Positions 9,219 to 21,468 of a stretch of DNA of 64,000 bases are shown piece by piece; positions within the stretch are counted from its first letter, which is position 1, and each line of letters starts with the position of its first letter. A program made the position numbers and the translations under genes. The DNA is from Desulfobacterales bacterium (GTDB taxonomy: Bacteria; Desulfobacterota; Desulfobacteria; Desulfobacterales; UBA2245): assembly GCA_040771865.1 (NCBI GenBank), contig JAXGZF010000007.1:248001-312000 (forward strand), written 5' to 3'. Under the pieces are notes generated by a model. The model saw only the letters and a program-made list of their open reading frames with translations, ran no database searches and was not told where the DNA came from.

Positions 9219-10091
9219 ATGAAAGGTATTGTTCTGGCCGGAGGATCCGGAACCCGCTTATATCCGATTACCCGCGTAATCAGCAAACAACTTCTGCCCA
9301 TATATGACAAACCCATGATTTATTTTCCGCTCTCCGTTCTGATGCTGGCGGGCATTAAAGACATTCTTGTCATCTCCACCCCGCACGACCTGCCCCTTTT
9401 CCAAAAGCTTCTCGGAGACGGTTCCCAGTGGGGCATATCCTTTCGCTACGCACAGCAGCCGAGACCTGAAGGGCTTGCCCAAGCGTTCATTATCGGCCGG
9501 AATTTTGTCGGAGCCGACAACGTCTGCATGATTCTGGGCGATAACATATTTTACGGTCAAGGTCTGACCCGACAGCTTCAACTTGCCCGGTCCAGAAAAT
9601 CGGGGGCAACCATTTTTGCTTACTGGGTCAAGGATCCGCAACGATACGGAGTAGTAGAGTTCGATCAGGCGGGAAAACCCTTCAGTATCGTGGAAAAACC
9701 ACAAAACCCTCGTTCCAATTATGCGGTAACCGGCTTGTATTTTTACGATAACTCCATTCTGGACACGGTTAAGCACCTCAGGCCATCCGCGCGCGGAGAG
9801 CTCGAGATTTCGGACGTCAACACCATCTATCTTCAATCTGGCCGGCTTCATGTTGAAATGCTGGGCCGCGGAATTGCATGGCTGGATACAGGCACCCATG
9901 AAACCCTCATTCAGGCATCCAATTTCATTGAAACCATAGAAAACCGACAGGGGCTTAAGGTGGCCTGTTTGGAAGAAATCGCCTATCGCATGGGGTACAT
10001 CGACGCAGGCCAGGTGGAAAAGCTGGCCGAACCGCTGATGCAGAACTGCTACGGCCAGTACTTAATGGACATGCTGAAGCGCGATAAATAA
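9219..10091 (+). CDS. rfbA: Glucose-1-phosphate thymidylyltransferase
   Basis: [45 protein letters not shown]. Confidence 0.97.
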   Translation: MKGIVLAGGSGTRLYPITRVISKQLLPIYDKPMIYFPLSVLMLAGIKDILVISTPHDLPLFQKLLGDGSQWGISFRYAQQPRPEGLAQAFIIGRNFVGADNVCMILGDNIFYGQGLTRQLQLARSRKSGATIFAYWVKDPQRYGVVEFDQAGKPFSIVEKPQNPRSNYAVTGLYFYDNSILDTVKHLRPSARGELEISDVNTIYLQSGRLHVEMLGRGIAWLDTGTHETLIQASNFIETIENRQGLKVACLEEIAYRMGYIDAGQVEKLAEPLMQNCYGQYLMDMLKRDK

Positions 10092-10256
10092 ATGTATCCC
10101 GGGCAAGCGGCTGCCTGGGCCAAGCCGCGGTTACATGGAGGAGCGTGGCGCGGCAATCGGGCTTTTTGCACTCGTGATCCAGTTTAGCAGGACGCCCGTT
10201 CCGAATGAATCCAACGGCGCTTAATCGATCGTTTTTCATTCGCCGATTCTGAACTC

Positions 10257-11498
10257 ATGCAAGAAAAAGAAAACAAAATCGAACTTCTGGCACCGGCCGG
10301 CAACCTTGAAAAGCTGGAAATCGCCGTTGCTTTCGGCGCCGACGCCGTATATCTTGGCGGAAAAGATTTCAGTCTGAGAAATTTTTCGGGGAATTTCACC
10401 CCCGAAGAGCTGCGGCGGGCTGTCAAATTCGCCCACCATAGCGGTGTAAAGGTCTATGTGGCCTGCAACATTTATCCTCGAAACCATGAACTGGGGCCGA
10501 TTGCCGCATTCCTGGAAGCCTTGGGTGAGATCGGGCCTGACGCAGTGATTGCCGCAGACCCGGGCATCATCGAAGAGGCGCGGAAACGCGTTCCGGGTAT
10601 TCCTTTGCACCTGAGCACTCAGGCCAATGTGACCAGCGTCGGCAGCGCCCTGTTCTGGAAACGTCAGGGCATCGACCGGATCAATGCCGCCCGGGAGTTA
10701 TCCATAAATGAAATCCGGGAACTGGTTCAAAAAACGTCAATGCCGATCGAGGCCTTTGTCCACGGCGCCATGTGCATCGCCTATTCAGGCCGTTGCCTTT
10801 TAAGCAGTTTTCTGACCGCTCGCGACGGAAACCGCGGAATGTGCAGCCAGCCATGCCGCTGGAAATACACGGTTATGGAAGAAACCAGACCCGGCCAGTA
10901 TTATCCCTTCATGCAGGATGAGCGGGGCAGCTATATTTTCAATTCCAGAGACCTTTGCATGATCGAGCACCTTCCCGAACTGATTCAAACCGGTATCTGT
11001 GCCCTTAAAATCGAAGGGCGTATGAAGGGAATCCATTACGTCGCAACCACCGTCAAAGCCTACCGGGAAGCCATCGATGCATACCATGAAAGTCCCGATG
11101 CTTATCAGACGCGTCCGCAGTGGATCGAAGAACTCGGCAAGGTTACCGAACGTGGACATTGCACCGGCTTTTACCTGAAAGATTCGGAACAGACCCGGCC
11201 GAATTACGGTCCGCCAGCGCCCTGGGCCCATACGCGGTTCGCGGGAAAGGTGATCGAGCCGATTTCCGAAGACAGGGTTGCGGTTTTTGTCCGTAACAAA
11301 ATCATCAGGGGCGATACGATCGAAATTCTTTCGCCCAAAGGACCGGTCCGGCGCGATCGGATTCTGGAAATTCTCAACGATCAGGGATGTCCCATATCAC
11401 ATGCACAACCCAACACACAGGCTGTTATCAGGTTAACGGGCCCATGCGGGGCCAACGATCTTTTTCGAACAATCCATGACAAGGGAGATGGCGAATGA
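10257..11498 (+). CDS. Peptidase U32-family protein (TrhP-like Fe-S tRNA hydroxylation protein)
   Basis: ELLAPAG, HLSTQAN, HGAMCIAYSGRC, NRG-C-QPCRW, LKIEGR. Confidence 0.88.
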   Translation: MQEKENKIELLAPAGNLEKLEIAVAFGADAVYLGGKDFSLRNFSGNFTPEELRRAVKFAHHSGVKVYVACNIYPRNHELGPIAAFLEALGEIGPDAVIAADPGIIEEARKRVPGIPLHLSTQANVTSVGSALFWKRQGIDRINAARELSINEIRELVQKTSMPIEAFVHGAMCIAYSGRCLLSSFLTARDGNRGMCSQPCRWKYTVMEETRPGQYYPFMQDERGSYIFNSRDLCMIEHLPELIQTGICALKIEGRMKGIHYVATTVKAYREAIDAYHESPDAYQTRPQWIEELGKVTERGHCTGFYLKDSEQTRPNYGPPAPWAHTRFAGKVIEPISEDRVAVFVRNKIIRGDTIEILSPKGPVRRDRILEILNDQGCPISHAQPNTQAVIRLTGPCGANDLFRTIHDKGDGE

Positions 11499-12010
11499 AA
11501 GGATACGTTCAGATTTATACGGGAGACGGAAAAGGAAAAACCACGGCGGCTCTGGGGCTGTCGATCCGCGCCGCTGGCGCCGGGCTGAAAGTGTTCATCG
11601 CCCAGTTTCTGAAAATGGGCGATTACAGTGAAATAAAGGCCCTGAGAAAATTTTCAGACCTGATCACCGTGGAACAGTTCGGCCGGGGCAAATTTGTCAA
11701 GGGCCAGCCGTCCCCGGATGAAATCGAAGCTGCCCGGAAAGGTCTGGAACGCATCAAGGCGGTGGTCGCCGCCGGACAGCATGATCTCGTAATCATGGAA
11801 GAGGGAAACGTAGCGGTGATGTGCGGTCTTTTTCCCGTGGAAGCCCTGCTGGAGATCATTGACGCAAAACCGGACCATATGGAACTGGTCATTACCGGAC
11901 GCGGTGCCGACCCCAGGGTAATAGAAAGGGCGGATCTGGTCACGGAAATGAAAGAAATCAAACACTACTACCAGAAAGGGGTTCAGGCCCGCATAGGCAT
12001 CGAAAAGTAA
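11495..12010 (+). CDS. cobO: Cob(I)yrinic acid a,c-diamide adenosyltransferase
   Basis: YTGDGKGKTTAALG, QFLK, ELVITGR, ADLVTEM..KH, GIE; ATGA overlap with the U32 gene. Confidence 0.93.
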   Translation: MKGYVQIYTGDGKGKTTAALGLSIRAAGAGLKVFIAQFLKMGDYSEIKALRKFSDLITVEQFGRGKFVKGQPSPDEIEAARKGLERIKAVVAAGQHDLVIMEEGNVAVMCGLFPVEALLEIIDAKPDHMELVITGRGADPRVIERADLVTEMKEIKHYYQKGVQARIGIEK

Positions 12011-12206
12011 TTTCCCTAAAAGCCGTTTCCATAATTATCAGGATAATCTGGGTGTTCTGTCGGGGTGAAATTGGAAACGGCACCCCGGGAGCACTGGGAA
12101 ACCGGAAACCGGTGCCAGAGCGAAGCTGCCCATCCGGCCTGCGTCCATGGAAAAGCGGCAGACCCAAGTCACCGGTATTCCAATCCGATGATAGGGAACC
12201 GCTTTT

Positions 12207-13268
12207 CTATGAATAAATCACATTGATGGCCAGCGGAGGATACTTCCACACACTTGGTTTTGGCAGAATGCACTGGGTGCCGACGCTCAGCCAGTTAAGG
12301 TCCGGTTTGAGCTCCCGCAGTTTGCCGTCGTCCGGCGGGCGCGCCTGATTGGTGAGAGCATAAGCCGCCTGGAAAATGCACACAGTGTCGTTTTTCCCGT
12401 GAGCAACGGCATAATTCCTGTTGAAGGTTCGAAGCTCCATGTTGTGGCTTTTGACGAACTGCCGGACCTCCTCATCGGTGAATTTCATGAGAATGGTCTT
12501 TGAAACTCCTCTTTCCGAGATGCGAATCAGGGCTCTCGCTTCACTGCTGCCCACGTACACCGTGGTGATACAGGGGACCCGCCGGAGATACTGAGCCGCC
12601 ACAATGGCCGCGGTTCTTCTTCCACCCGCCATCACCGGCAGCCCGTAATATTCAAAGAACTTTTTCTGAATATCCTCGGCATATTTGTCGCCCTTTTCAT
12701 AGATATCCTTGGAAATGTACCGGAGGCTTCGCGCCAGATCCTCCGCTGCATCAGCGATCGGCCAGTCGATTCTAACGTGGAAATGAGACAGGCGGTATCG
12801 ATCCCTGACCCGGCTGGCCGGGTCCCGCTGAATAAGTAGGGCGTAATCAATCGGTAGCAAGTTCTTCAAGAAATTAGAAAAATGCACCGAATCAAGGTAT
12901 TTCTGATTTCTCTCGTAGTTTTCCACAATGGACAGGGATTCGGAAACCAGAAGATTGCTCTTGGTGGTTTTATTGACATCAAAAAAACGAATGTATTTTT
13001 TGTGAATCGCGGGAATAATGTCTTCAACGAAGACCACCAGAAAGGTATTCTGCGGTTCGTATTCCTGATCCGGTATGCGGGCTCTGGGTTTAAGCTCCCG
13101 TTTTTCAACAAAGGGATAGGGAATGTTTTTCTGGACAAAATTCTGGTATGAATCGATCATCGCGTATTGAATGATGAATTGATCCAGATCGTCTCTCAGA
13201 AGCTCGTAATAGGATCGCCTCAGTCGATTGGCCTGACTGATCTCCTCTCTGACGCACCAGTAAGCCAC
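12207..13268 (-). CDS. Hypothetical soluble protein (~353 aa)
   Basis: Long uninterrupted ORF with protein-like composition; probable GTG start at 13268 after a GAGGGG SD. No motif recognised. Confidence 0.75.
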   Translation of the reverse strand: MAYWCVREEISQANRLRRSYYELLRDDLDQFIIQYAMIDSYQNFVQKNIPYPFVEKRELKPRARIPDQEYEPQNTFLVVFVEDIIPAIHKKYIRFFDVNKTTKSNLLVSESLSIVENYERNQKYLDSVHFSNFLKNLLPIDYALLIQRDPASRVRDRYRLSHFHVRIDWPIADAAEDLARSLRYISKDIYEKGDKYAEDIQKKFFEYYGLPVMAGGRRTAAIVAAQYLRRVPCITTVYVGSSEARALIRISERGVSKTILMKFTDEEVRQFVKSHNMELRTFNRNYAVAHGKNDTVCIFQAAYALTNQARPPDDGKLRELKPDLNWLSVGTQCILPKPSVWKYPPLAINVIYS

Positions 13269-13391
13269 TATCGCCCCCCTCGGCGTTGAATGAATCTCCG
13301 AATGAAAAGGCCTTCCCGCATGGTTTGAGAAAATCCGCAAGTTTCGATTATCAATAACATCAATCAGCGCAAGCGTCAACGGCTGGGGAAT

Positions 13392-14099
13392 TCAGCTTCC
13401 ATTCATTTTTTCAAGCCAGGCGTAAAGTTGTTCCCGGCAACGATAGGCCCAGAAAGCCAGGAAAAGGCATGCCGCCACAACCAGCGCAAACCACGCATAC
13501 ATCTTATCGAAGAATAACGCTCCCTGAAGGCTGAGCAGCAGGGTCCCCGGAATACGCCCGAAAGCGGCCATAATCAGAAACACTTTCGTTGACATGGCGC
13601 TGATGCCCAGAAAATAACACAGATAATCCTTTGGAAATCCCGGAAAAAGGAAAAGCATAAAAAGCGCGATGGCTCCCTGGCGTTTGACCAGCCGGTCCAT
13701 TTTCTCAAGCTGAGCGGATGGAATCAGCTTTCGGATATAACGCTTCCCTAAAAACCGACCGATCACGAAATTCAGCCAGGAACCGATTGCAAGGCCGATG
13801 CTGGAGTATAATAGCCCCGGAAGAACGCCGAAAAGGTATCCGCCGATAAGGCCGCTGGCCTCGCCGGGAATGGGCGCCAGCAGTACCTGCGATATCTGCA
13901 CCCCGATAAATGCCAAGGGAGCGTTAACGCCAAAGGAGCTGATGAAGCTGGTAATTTTATCGCGGTCTGAAAAGAGCTGATACGCTCCTGCCAGACTGCT
14001 CCAAAGCGGATCACGGAACCAGTAGATGCCAAAAAATATCGTCCCGGCCACGATGGCGGCCGGGACAAGAATTCGAACAGGCGGGCGGGGAAAAACCAT
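13392..14099 (-). CDS. TVP38/TMEM64 (DedA superfamily) membrane protein
   Basis: QV-LAPIPGE..GGYLFG, LFL-PGFPKD-LCY, GR-PG; hydrophobic segments. Confidence 0.9.
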   Translation of the reverse strand: MVFPRPPVRILVPAAIVAGTIFFGIYWFRDPLWSSLAGAYQLFSDRDKITSFISSFGVNAPLAFIGVQISQVLLAPIPGEASGLIGGYLFGVLPGLLYSSIGLAIGSWLNFVIGRFLGKRYIRKLIPSAQLEKMDRLVKRQGAIALFMLFLFPGFPKDYLCYFLGISAMSTKVFLIMAAFGRIPGTLLLSLQGALFFDKMYAWFALVVAACLFLAFWAYRCREQLYAWLEKMNGS

Positions 14100-14106
14100 C
14101 CGCAGA

Positions 14107-15306
14107 TTATCCTTTCTCACGCTCATCGGCTTTTTCAAGCGCGACAACTCCTGGAAGCGATTTTCCCTCCAGAAGTTCCAGAAATGCCCCGCCGCCGGTT
14201 GAGATATAGGTGATCCGGTCCGTTTGTCCGGACTTGTGAACCGCTACATCCGTGTCCCCCCCGCCGACAATGGAAAGGGCGTAGCTGTCGGCCACCGCAT
14301 GCACCATCTCCATCGTTCCCCGGCTGAAAGCATCCATTTCAAAGACGCCCATCGGTCCGTTCCAGATGATGGTCTTCGCATCCCCGAGCACTTCCCGATA
14401 CAGCGTAATCGTTGCCGGTCCGATATCCAGAGCCATCCAGTCTTTCGGAATCTCATGAACCGGCACGATCCGGATGTCCGCTTTGGGATCCAGCCGGTCA
14501 GCGACCACCGCATCCACGGGAAGATAGAACCGGATTCCTTTTTGATCGGCCTTTTGTATGATAGTTTTGGCCACATCCACCAGTTCTTCCTCGATTATGG
14601 ACTTTCCGACCTCGCAGCCTGCGCTTTTTAAAAAGGTATTGGCCATGGCGCCGCCGATGATGAACTTATCCACATGTTCAAGCATGTTTTCCAGAGCCGC
14701 CAGTTTGCTGGAAACCTTGGCGCCGCCCACGATGGCCACCAGCGGCCGGCTGGGATCGGCCATCGCTCTCTTGAAGTATTTTATCTCACTGTGCAGCAGA
14801 AAACCGGCCGCGGACACAGGCGCAAAGCGGGTGATTGCTTCCACCGACGCATGGGCGCGGTGAGACACGGCAAAGGCGTCATTGACGTAAACATCGCAGA
14901 GTTCGGCCAGCTGCCGGGCAAACTTTTCATCGTTTGCCTGTTCTTCGGGATGGAAGCGAAGATTCTCCAGCAGAACCACCTCGCCAGCCTTCATAGCGTC
15001 CACCATCTGTTTCACCTGCGGCCCGACGCAGTCCGGCGCCATTTTAACCTCTTTTCCTAGCAACCGCCCCAGACGCTTGGCCGCCGGAGCCAGACGCATC
15101 GCAGGTACCAGCTTGCCCTTGGGTCTTCCCAGATGAGATGCGATGATCAGCTTGGCGTTATGGTCCAGAGCATATTGAAGCGACGGCAGAACCGCGCGGA
15201 TTCTCGAGTCATCGCGAATGTTCTGATTTTCATCCAAAGGCACATTAAAATCCACGCGAAAAAGAACTCTTTTCCCGGAAATCGAGACGTCTCTGATTGT
15301 CTTCAT
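14107..15306 (-). CDS. pgk: Phosphoglycerate kinase
   Basis: [47 protein letters not shown]. Confidence 0.98.
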   Translation of the reverse strand: MKTIRDVSISGKRVLFRVDFNVPLDENQNIRDDSRIRAVLPSLQYALDHNAKLIIASHLGRPKGKLVPAMRLAPAAKRLGRLLGKEVKMAPDCVGPQVKQMVDAMKAGEVVLLENLRFHPEEQANDEKFARQLAELCDVYVNDAFAVSHRAHASVEAITRFAPVSAAGFLLHSEIKYFKRAMADPSRPLVAIVGGAKVSSKLAALENMLEHVDKFIIGGAMANTFLKSAGCEVGKSIIEEELVDVAKTIIQKADQKGIRFYLPVDAVVADRLDPKADIRIVPVHEIPKDWMALDIGPATITLYREVLGDAKTIIWNGPMGVFEMDAFSRGTMEMVHAVADSYALSIVGGGDTDVAVHKSGQTDRITYISTGGGAFLELLEGKSLPGVVALEKADEREKG

Positions 15307-15320
15307 GGGGGTCGCTCCTT

Positions 15321-15602
15321 TCATTTACGAATGCGTGAGGTGTCCTTAAGCTTTTTGTAAATTTCCTTCTTTTCGGACCATCTTTGAAAAAAACCGATTC
15401 TGCCGGACGCGTAAGCGCTGTCTATGCGTTCCTCTCGAAGGTTCAAAGCGCCGCCTTTGGACATGGCAAATCTCAGGCATTCGGTTTTGAGTTCACATGC
15501 CATACAGTTCTTCGGTACGCTTCGCAATCCGCTTTCGGTCAGGGGAAAAACGCAATCCAGTTTTCCGAAACAGGAAGGTTTTTCAGAATTTTCGCCGTTC
15601 AT
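15321..15602 (-). CDS. Small Cys-rich hypothetical protein
   Basis: PSCFG-L--VFP...C--C-----CL; start overlaps the radC stop and the ORF ends just before pgk. Confidence 0.7.
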   Translation of the reverse strand: MNGENSEKPSCFGKLDCVFPLTESGLRSVPKNCMACELKTECLRFAMSKGGALNLREERIDSAYASGRIGFFQRWSEKKEIYKKLKDTSRIRK

Positions 15603-16381
15603 GGGATCTTGTCTTTCGATGGTTCCGCCGCGCCGGGATGCTGTTCGTATTCTAGGTGTATCTTGCGGATCATTCCCTGATCGGCAAAGCTGAAATATCT
15701 GTTGTTTCCGATAATAATATGTTCATGTACCATGATGTCCATGACCCGGCAGGCAAAAATCAACTGGCGGGTGACGGCGATATCCTCGGCCGAAGGCGCC
15801 GGGTCACCGGATGGATGATTGTGAACGCATATGATGGCCGCCGCGTGATGATCCAGAGCGGTTTGAACCACCTCCCGGGGATATACGCAACTGGCTGTCA
15901 GCGTGCCTTCAAAAAGGACTTTTGCCGCAATCACCTGGTTTTTGGCATTGAGAAACAGAACCTTGAAACATTCCCGCTTTCGATCGCGAAGTCTGAGATA
16001 CAGATAATCAAACAGCTGCCGGGAATTGCCGACAATCGGATTCTGGCCCAAAAGCCGGTGTTCCAGGTACCTGTCCGCAACCGCCTTGATCAGCTTGATG
16101 CCAAGCACATTCTTTGCGCCGATGCCATCGACCGCCATAAGTGCTTCGCCGGCGGCTTCCAGTGCCGCCGGAAGCGTCTGAAACTTCTCCATAACCGCCT
16201 TAGCAGCAGCTTTACAGTCTTTGCGAGGGGTTGCAAGAGTCAACAGCAGTTCGATCACCTCATAATCGTGAAAACCGTCCAGGCCGGCGCGAAGAAACCT
16301 TTGCCGAAGACGGTCGCGATGTCCCTCGCAGGAATGGGTGCGGGAGTTTTCCATAGTGCGATGGTTTGTCCTATGATGCAT
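15599..16381 (-). CDS. radC: RadC/JAB-domain protein
   Basis: GHR-RLR-RF, HhH GIG, E-F, YPREV, HNHPSG-P-PS-ED. True start may be 16354. Confidence 0.95.
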   Translation of the reverse strand: MHHRTNHRTMENSRTHSCEGHRDRLRQRFLRAGLDGFHDYEVIELLLTLATPRKDCKAAAKAVMEKFQTLPAALEAAGEALMAVDGIGAKNVLGIKLIKAVADRYLEHRLLGQNPIVGNSRQLFDYLYLRLRDRKRECFKVLFLNAKNQVIAAKVLFEGTLTASCVYPREVVQTALDHHAAAIICVHNHPSGDPAPSAEDIAVTRQLIFACRVMDIMVHEHIIIGNNRYFSFADQGMIRKIHLEYEQHPGAAEPSKDKIP

Positions 16382-16407
16382 CGACGACAGGAGCGACAGC
16401 CGTTTTC

Positions 16408-17496
16408 TTACTGATCATCGAGCTCCTGTTTCAGATCCCGGGTCATCAGGCGAAACAGGGCTTCGCCCGGAGAAAGATTCTCATAAAGAATATGGTAAAT
16501 CTCCTGGGAAATCGGCATTTCCACATCCATTTTACGGGAAAGATTATATACTGATTTGGCGGTCTTGACGCCCTCGGCCACCATTCGCATCTCGGAGAGA
16601 ATGTCTTTTAACTTTCTTCCTTCGCCGATTTTTTTCCCCAGGGTATAGTTCCGGCTCAACTCGCCGGTGCAGGTGAGGATCAGGTCCCCCACGCCGGCCA
16701 AGCCGACAAAGGTCCGGGGGTTGGCGCCGAGCTTGATCCCCAGACGCCGGATTTCCGTGAGTCCGCGGGTAATCAGGGCAGCGCGGGTATTGAGTCCAAG
16801 CTTCAATCCATCGATGATTCCTGAGGCAATGGCAATCACGTTTTTCACGGCTCCGCCGAGTTCCACGCCGATCATATCGTCATTGGTGTAAACTCTGAAA
16901 TAAGGGGTTGCAAAAATCCGCTGCACCCAACCGGCCATTTCAATATCCCTGGCCGCCACGGTAACCACCGACGGTACCTGCCTGGCCACCTCACGGGCAA
17001 AGGTCGGGCCGGAAAGCACCGCCAGATTTTGATCCGATCGATCCGGAAGATTCTCCTGTATCACCCCGGACATGGTGAGAAACGTCTGGTTTTCAATTCC
17101 CTTCGATGCAGATACAATCACGGTCCGCCCGGACACATGAGGAGCGATCTTCCGAGCGACATCTCTCATAAAGTGTGAAGGAACGACCAGCACCAGCAGG
17201 TCTTTTTCCCGAATCACCTTCACCAGATCATTGGAAGGCATCAGGTTTTTCGAAAGCGTCACGCCGGGGAGAAACACCTGATTTTCCCTCAACTCCAGAA
17301 TCTGCCGGCAGACCTCCTCCTCGTACACCCACAGATCAACTTGAAATCCTTTTAAAGCCAGCACATTGGCCAGCGCCGTGCCCCAGCTTCCTGCGCCGAC
17401 CACGGCGATTTTGACCGCATCCATAGCCAGATCCTGTTTTATTGATTCATCGCTCGCGTTTTCCCGGCGGTCTTGTTCGAGGGAATTCGAATTCAT
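16408..17496 (-). CDS. gpsA: NAD(P)H-dependent glycerol-3-phosphate dehydrogenase
   Basis: [44 protein letters not shown]. Confidence 0.97.
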   Translation of the reverse strand: MNSNSLEQDRRENASDESIKQDLAMDAVKIAVVGAGSWGTALANVLALKGFQVDLWVYEEEVCRQILELRENQVFLPGVTLSKNLMPSNDLVKVIREKDLLVLVVPSHFMRDVARKIAPHVSGRTVIVSASKGIENQTFLTMSGVIQENLPDRSDQNLAVLSGPTFAREVARQVPSVVTVAARDIEMAGWVQRIFATPYFRVYTNDDMIGVELGGAVKNVIAIASGIIDGLKLGLNTRAALITRGLTEIRRLGIKLGANPRTFVGLAGVGDLILTCTGELSRNYTLGKKIGEGRKLKDILSEMRMVAEGVKTAKSVYNLSRKMDVEMPISQEIYHILYENLSPGEALFRLMTRDLKQELDDQ

Positions 17497-19937
17497 CCGT
17501 CCTCATTCTCCGAAAGCATCGCCGCGCCGACAACCCTTTCGTCGGCTTCGATCTCGATAAGCTTGACCCCCTGGGTATTCCGGCTGATCACGGAAATACC
17601 GCTGACCGGCATGCGAATCAGCTTGCCGGAGTCGGTAACCAGCATCAGGTCGTTGTTTTCGTCCGCGAGCAGTATGGTTACCACCTGACCATTGCGCTCG
17701 CCGGTCTTGATTGTGATCACCCCCTTGCCACCGCGCTTTTGAACCGGATACTCGTCAATCGCGGTTCGCTTTCCATATCCTCGTTCAGTGGCGGCAAACA
17801 GAGTCTGGCCATAACTCAAGACCTCCATACCCACCAGACGGTCTCCCTTTCCAAGAATCATGCCCCGCACGCCGCGGGCCGTTCGGCTCGACGGCCGTAT
17901 GTCCGCCTCGTGGAACCGGATGGATTTTCCCTGGGCCGATCCCAGAAACACGTTTCTTGCGCCGTCAGAAATTCTGGCCGCAATCAGTTCGTCGTCCTCA
18001 TCCAGATTCAGGGCGATAATCCCTCCGGTACGGGGACGGCTGAAGGCCATCAGATCAGTTTTTTTCACCACGCCCTGCCGGGTCGCCATGACCACATAAT
18101 ACCCCAGATCAAAGGACGGCACAGCCAGAATCGTAGTGACCCGCTCGTCTGACGCGAGATCCAGCAGATTGACCAGGGCCTTTCCCCGACTGGTCCGGCC
18201 GGCCTGGGGGATATCGTAGACCTTGCACCAGTAGACCTTTCCCTTGCTGGTGAAAAACATAAACGTATGATGGGTGGAAGCCACAAAAAGCTGCTCGACA
18301 AAATCTTCATCCCTAGTGATCATGGCGGTTTTGCCGCGTCCCCCCCGGCGTTGGCTCTGATACACGGTAATCGGGGTCCGCTTGATGTAGCCGCTGTTTG
18401 AAACCGTCACCACCATGTCTTCCTCAACGATCATGTCCTCAATGGTGATTTCCTTGGTGTCCCTTACGATCTCCGTACGGCGCGGCTCGCCGAAATCTCC
18501 TTGAATCTCCGAAAGTTCCTCCTTGATCAGATCGAGAACGAGACGTTCGCTGGCAAGGATCTCACGGTACCGGGCAATATCCTGAAGAACCGCTTCGTAT
18601 TCCTGCAGAATTTTTTCCCGCTCCAGACCGGTCAACCGCTGCAGACGCATATCCAGAATCGCCTGGGCCTGAATCGGACTCAGGTCGAATGCTCCGATCA
18701 ATTGTTCCTTGGCTTCAACCGGTGTTTTGGATGCTCGGATCATGGCGACAACCTCATCCAGATGATCCAGAGCGATTTTCAAACCCTGCAAAATATGAGC
18801 GCGCTCTTCGGCCTTGCGCAGATCATAACGGGTACGGCGGACAATGATCTCCTTGCGGTGCAGAATGAAAAATTCGATCAGTTCCTTTAGGTTCAGCACC
18901 TGAGGACGATTGTTGACAACGGCCAGAAAAATGATGCCGAAACTGGTTTCCAGCTGTGTGTGCTTGTAAAGCTGATTGATCACTACCTCGGACATCTGTT
19001 CTTTTTTCAGCCCGATGGCAATGCGCATGCCCTCCCGGTCGGACTCGTCGCGCACATAGCGGATTCCTTCGATCTGTTTATTCTTTACCAGTTCGGCGAT
19101 CTTTTCAATCACTCTTGCCTTGTTGACCTGATAGGGAATTTCCGTGACTACAACGGTTTCGCTGCCCGTGCGCTTGTCGATTTCAACCATCATTCGTGCG
19201 CGGACACGGATGATTCCGCGGCCGGTCTGATAGGCTTCCGAAATTCCCTGAACCCCGTAAATTATCCCGCCCGTGGGAAAGTCCGGCCCGGGTATGATCT
19301 CCATCAATTGAGAGCGGTCTATTCCCGGGCAATCTATAACCGCCTTGATGCCCTCGATAATCTCGAAAAGATTGTGCGGCGGAATGTTGGTGGCCATTCC
19401 AACGGCGATTCCGGATGATCCGTTGACCAGCAGGGAAGGAATTCTCGAAGGCAGCACCGCGGGCTCGACCAGGGATTCATCATAGTTGGGAATAAAATCA
19501 ACCGTCTCCTTCTCAAGGTCATCAAGCATGTGGTGGGCCAGCCTTGTCATGCGAACCTCGGTGTAACGCATGGCTGCCGGCGGATCTCCGTCAATTGACC
19601 CGAAGTTTCCCTGACCGTCCACCAGGGGATAACGCATGGAAAAGTCCTGCGCCATCCGCACGATCGTGTCGTAAACCGCGCTGTCTCCATGCGGATGGTA
19701 CTTGCCGATCACGTCGCCGACGATTCGGGCGGATTTCTTGTAGGGCTTGTTCCAGTCGTTTTTCAATTCGCCCATGGCATAAAGAATGCGCCTGTGAACC
19801 GGTTTGAGGCCATCCCGAACATCGGGCAGGGCCCTTCCAATGATCACGCTCATGGCATAATCGAGATACGATTTTTTCATCTCGTTCTCTATGCTGATCT
19901 CGGCAGGTTTATCTGGCAGTATCATACAGTTCCCCAA
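17493..19937 (-). CDS. gyrA: DNA gyrase subunit A
   Basis: [25 protein letters not shown], GyrA-box QRRGGRG, beta-pinwheel repeats. Confidence 0.98.
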   Translation of the reverse strand: MGNCMILPDKPAEISIENEMKKSYLDYAMSVIIGRALPDVRDGLKPVHRRILYAMGELKNDWNKPYKKSARIVGDVIGKYHPHGDSAVYDTIVRMAQDFSMRYPLVDGQGNFGSIDGDPPAAMRYTEVRMTRLAHHMLDDLEKETVDFIPNYDESLVEPAVLPSRIPSLLVNGSSGIAVGMATNIPPHNLFEIIEGIKAVIDCPGIDRSQLMEIIPGPDFPTGGIIYGVQGISEAYQTGRGIIRVRARMMVEIDKRTGSETVVVTEIPYQVNKARVIEKIAELVKNKQIEGIRYVRDESDREGMRIAIGLKKEQMSEVVINQLYKHTQLETSFGIIFLAVVNNRPQVLNLKELIEFFILHRKEIIVRRTRYDLRKAEERAHILQGLKIALDHLDEVVAMIRASKTPVEAKEQLIGAFDLSPIQAQAILDMRLQRLTGLEREKILQEYEAVLQDIARYREILASERLVLDLIKEELSEIQGDFGEPRRTEIVRDTKEITIEDMIVEEDMVVTVSNSGYIKRTPITVYQSQRRGGRGKTAMITRDEDFVEQLFVASTHHTFMFFTSKGKVYWCKVYDIPQAGRTSRGKALVNLLDLASDERVTTILAVPSFDLGYYVVMATRQGVVKKTDLMAFSRPRTGGIIALNLDEDDELIAARISDGARNVFLGSAQGKSIRFHEADIRPSSRTARGVRGMILGKGDRLVGMEVLSYGQTLFAATERGYGKRTAIDEYPVQKRGGKGVITIKTGERNGQVVTILLADENNDLMLVTDSGKLIRMPVSGISVISRNTQGVKLIEIEADERVVGAAMLSENEDG

Positions 19938-20157
19938 TACGAATTTTGGTTTAAGCGGTTATTACCCGCGTTTCGTCGCCTGTCCCGTGATGCACGAAAT
20001 CCGGCGGCGCCCGAATGATCAAAATTAAGCTAATTTGACGGGTTTCATCAAGGCTAAAGTTGATGCGCACGGAAAAAGGTCTTGCTTTCCCGGTTGAAAT
20101 GTTCCGCGGAAAGCGCAACAGATCGGTTCGTCTCAACAGACAGTTGTCTTCGTTTAC

Positions 20158-21246
20158 TCATTCCGGCCCGGCGTCCGACTGAGCCCGTTCCTGATAACTT
20201 GAATGGTATATGTCGGTCAGGGTTAAAAACCCGGTTACAACCAAGGGGCCGTAAATAATCCCCAGAATGCCGAAAAGTTTCAGACCGCCGATAATGGCGA
20301 TAAAAACCAGCAGGGTGTGCATCTTGACCTGGGATCCCACCAGTTTGGGTTTAAAAAGATATTCAATGCCGGCCGACAGCAGAATATAAAAAACGACAAA
20401 AAATATTCCTGCCGCAATCCGTCCGGTTAAAAACAGATACACAGCCGCAGGAACAAACACCGCCCCGACTCCGACAATGGGCAGAAACGCCAGCAAGCCC
20501 ATGATCACTCCCCACATGAAGGGAGACTGGATTCCGAACAAGGCGAACACCACTCCGCCGGCGACCCCCTGAATCAGGCCGGCGACACCGTTTCCGATCA
20601 GAATGGCGCCGGCCATCTCCTTGAATTTCTGAATCAGCTTCTCGTCCTGCTGTCTGGGCAGAGGAGAAAGGTCGACGATAAAAGAAATCAGACGCTGGCC
20701 GTCGATCAGCAGAAAATAGATGATCAGCAGCATGAAGAAGAAATTTATGACGAACTTCAATGTATTGGACGCGATCACGCGCGCCTGTTCATAGATGAAC
20801 AAACCGACAAATTTCCCAAGTTCCGAAATGAGCCGGTTGAGTTCTTCACCGGAAATCTCGATATCGATGTTGCTCAGAATCAGGTTGGTTCTTTCCAGTA
20901 TCCGGCTGTTTTGAAGCAATATCTTGAGTTGGTCGCTGATCACCGCATCTCTGCCCATCAGGTAAAGCTGGTAAGCTTCTTTGGACAGAATGCCGACAAA
21001 AAAAACGATCGGAATAAAGAGTATGATGAAAATCAGCAGGCAGGTGATCATGGAGGCTGCGGGGGGGTTGATTTTGTCCTCGATCTTGATGAAATTATAA
21101 ACCGGAGTAAAGATCCCGGTAAGGACGGCCGCCAGAATGACAATGGATATAAACGGCCAGATCAGCCAACTCATCAGAAAAATCGAGGTAATAAACAGCA
21201 TAAGAAAAAACCATAACTTTATATTCTGAGAATGTTTTTCACTCAT
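20158..21246 (-). CDS. AI-2E family transporter
   Basis: Multi-TM protein; YF-LIDG, KPKLVG..MH-LL-F-AIIGG--LFG-LG--YGP. Confidence 0.92.
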   Translation of the reverse strand: MSEKHSQNIKLWFFLMLFITSIFLMSWLIWPFISIVILAAVLTGIFTPVYNFIKIEDKINPPAASMITCLLIFIILFIPIVFFVGILSKEAYQLYLMGRDAVISDQLKILLQNSRILERTNLILSNIDIEISGEELNRLISELGKFVGLFIYEQARVIASNTLKFVINFFFMLLIIYFLLIDGQRLISFIVDLSPLPRQQDEKLIQKFKEMAGAILIGNGVAGLIQGVAGGVVFALFGIQSPFMWGVIMGLLAFLPIVGVGAVFVPAAVYLFLTGRIAAGIFFVVFYILLSAGIEYLFKPKLVGSQVKMHTLLVFIAIIGGLKLFGILGIIYGPLVVTGFLTLTDIYHSSYQERAQSDAGPE

Positions 21247-21468
21247 ACTGTCTCCTGCCGGCGTTCCGAGCCATATACCGGCCGTCTCTCCGACTGTGCA
21301 AAGGCATTTTACCGGTCCGGAACGCCGCTGCCACCCCGTGGGACGGCATCCTGCCGTACAATGAAAACCGGAAGCTTCGCCAAAACATGCACGGCACTGC
21401 CATCCACAGAGGACCGAACAGTGCCGCTGCCATAAATAACTATCGGAATGAAACTGAAAAAAGGGGTG

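Noticed and set aside
8953..9220. Integrative element at tRNA-Arg
   Set aside because: No integrase and no duplicated tRNA 3' end seen in the window.
21239..21433. 64-aa ORF upstream of the AI-2E transporter
   Set aside because: No SD or motif and non-protein-like composition.
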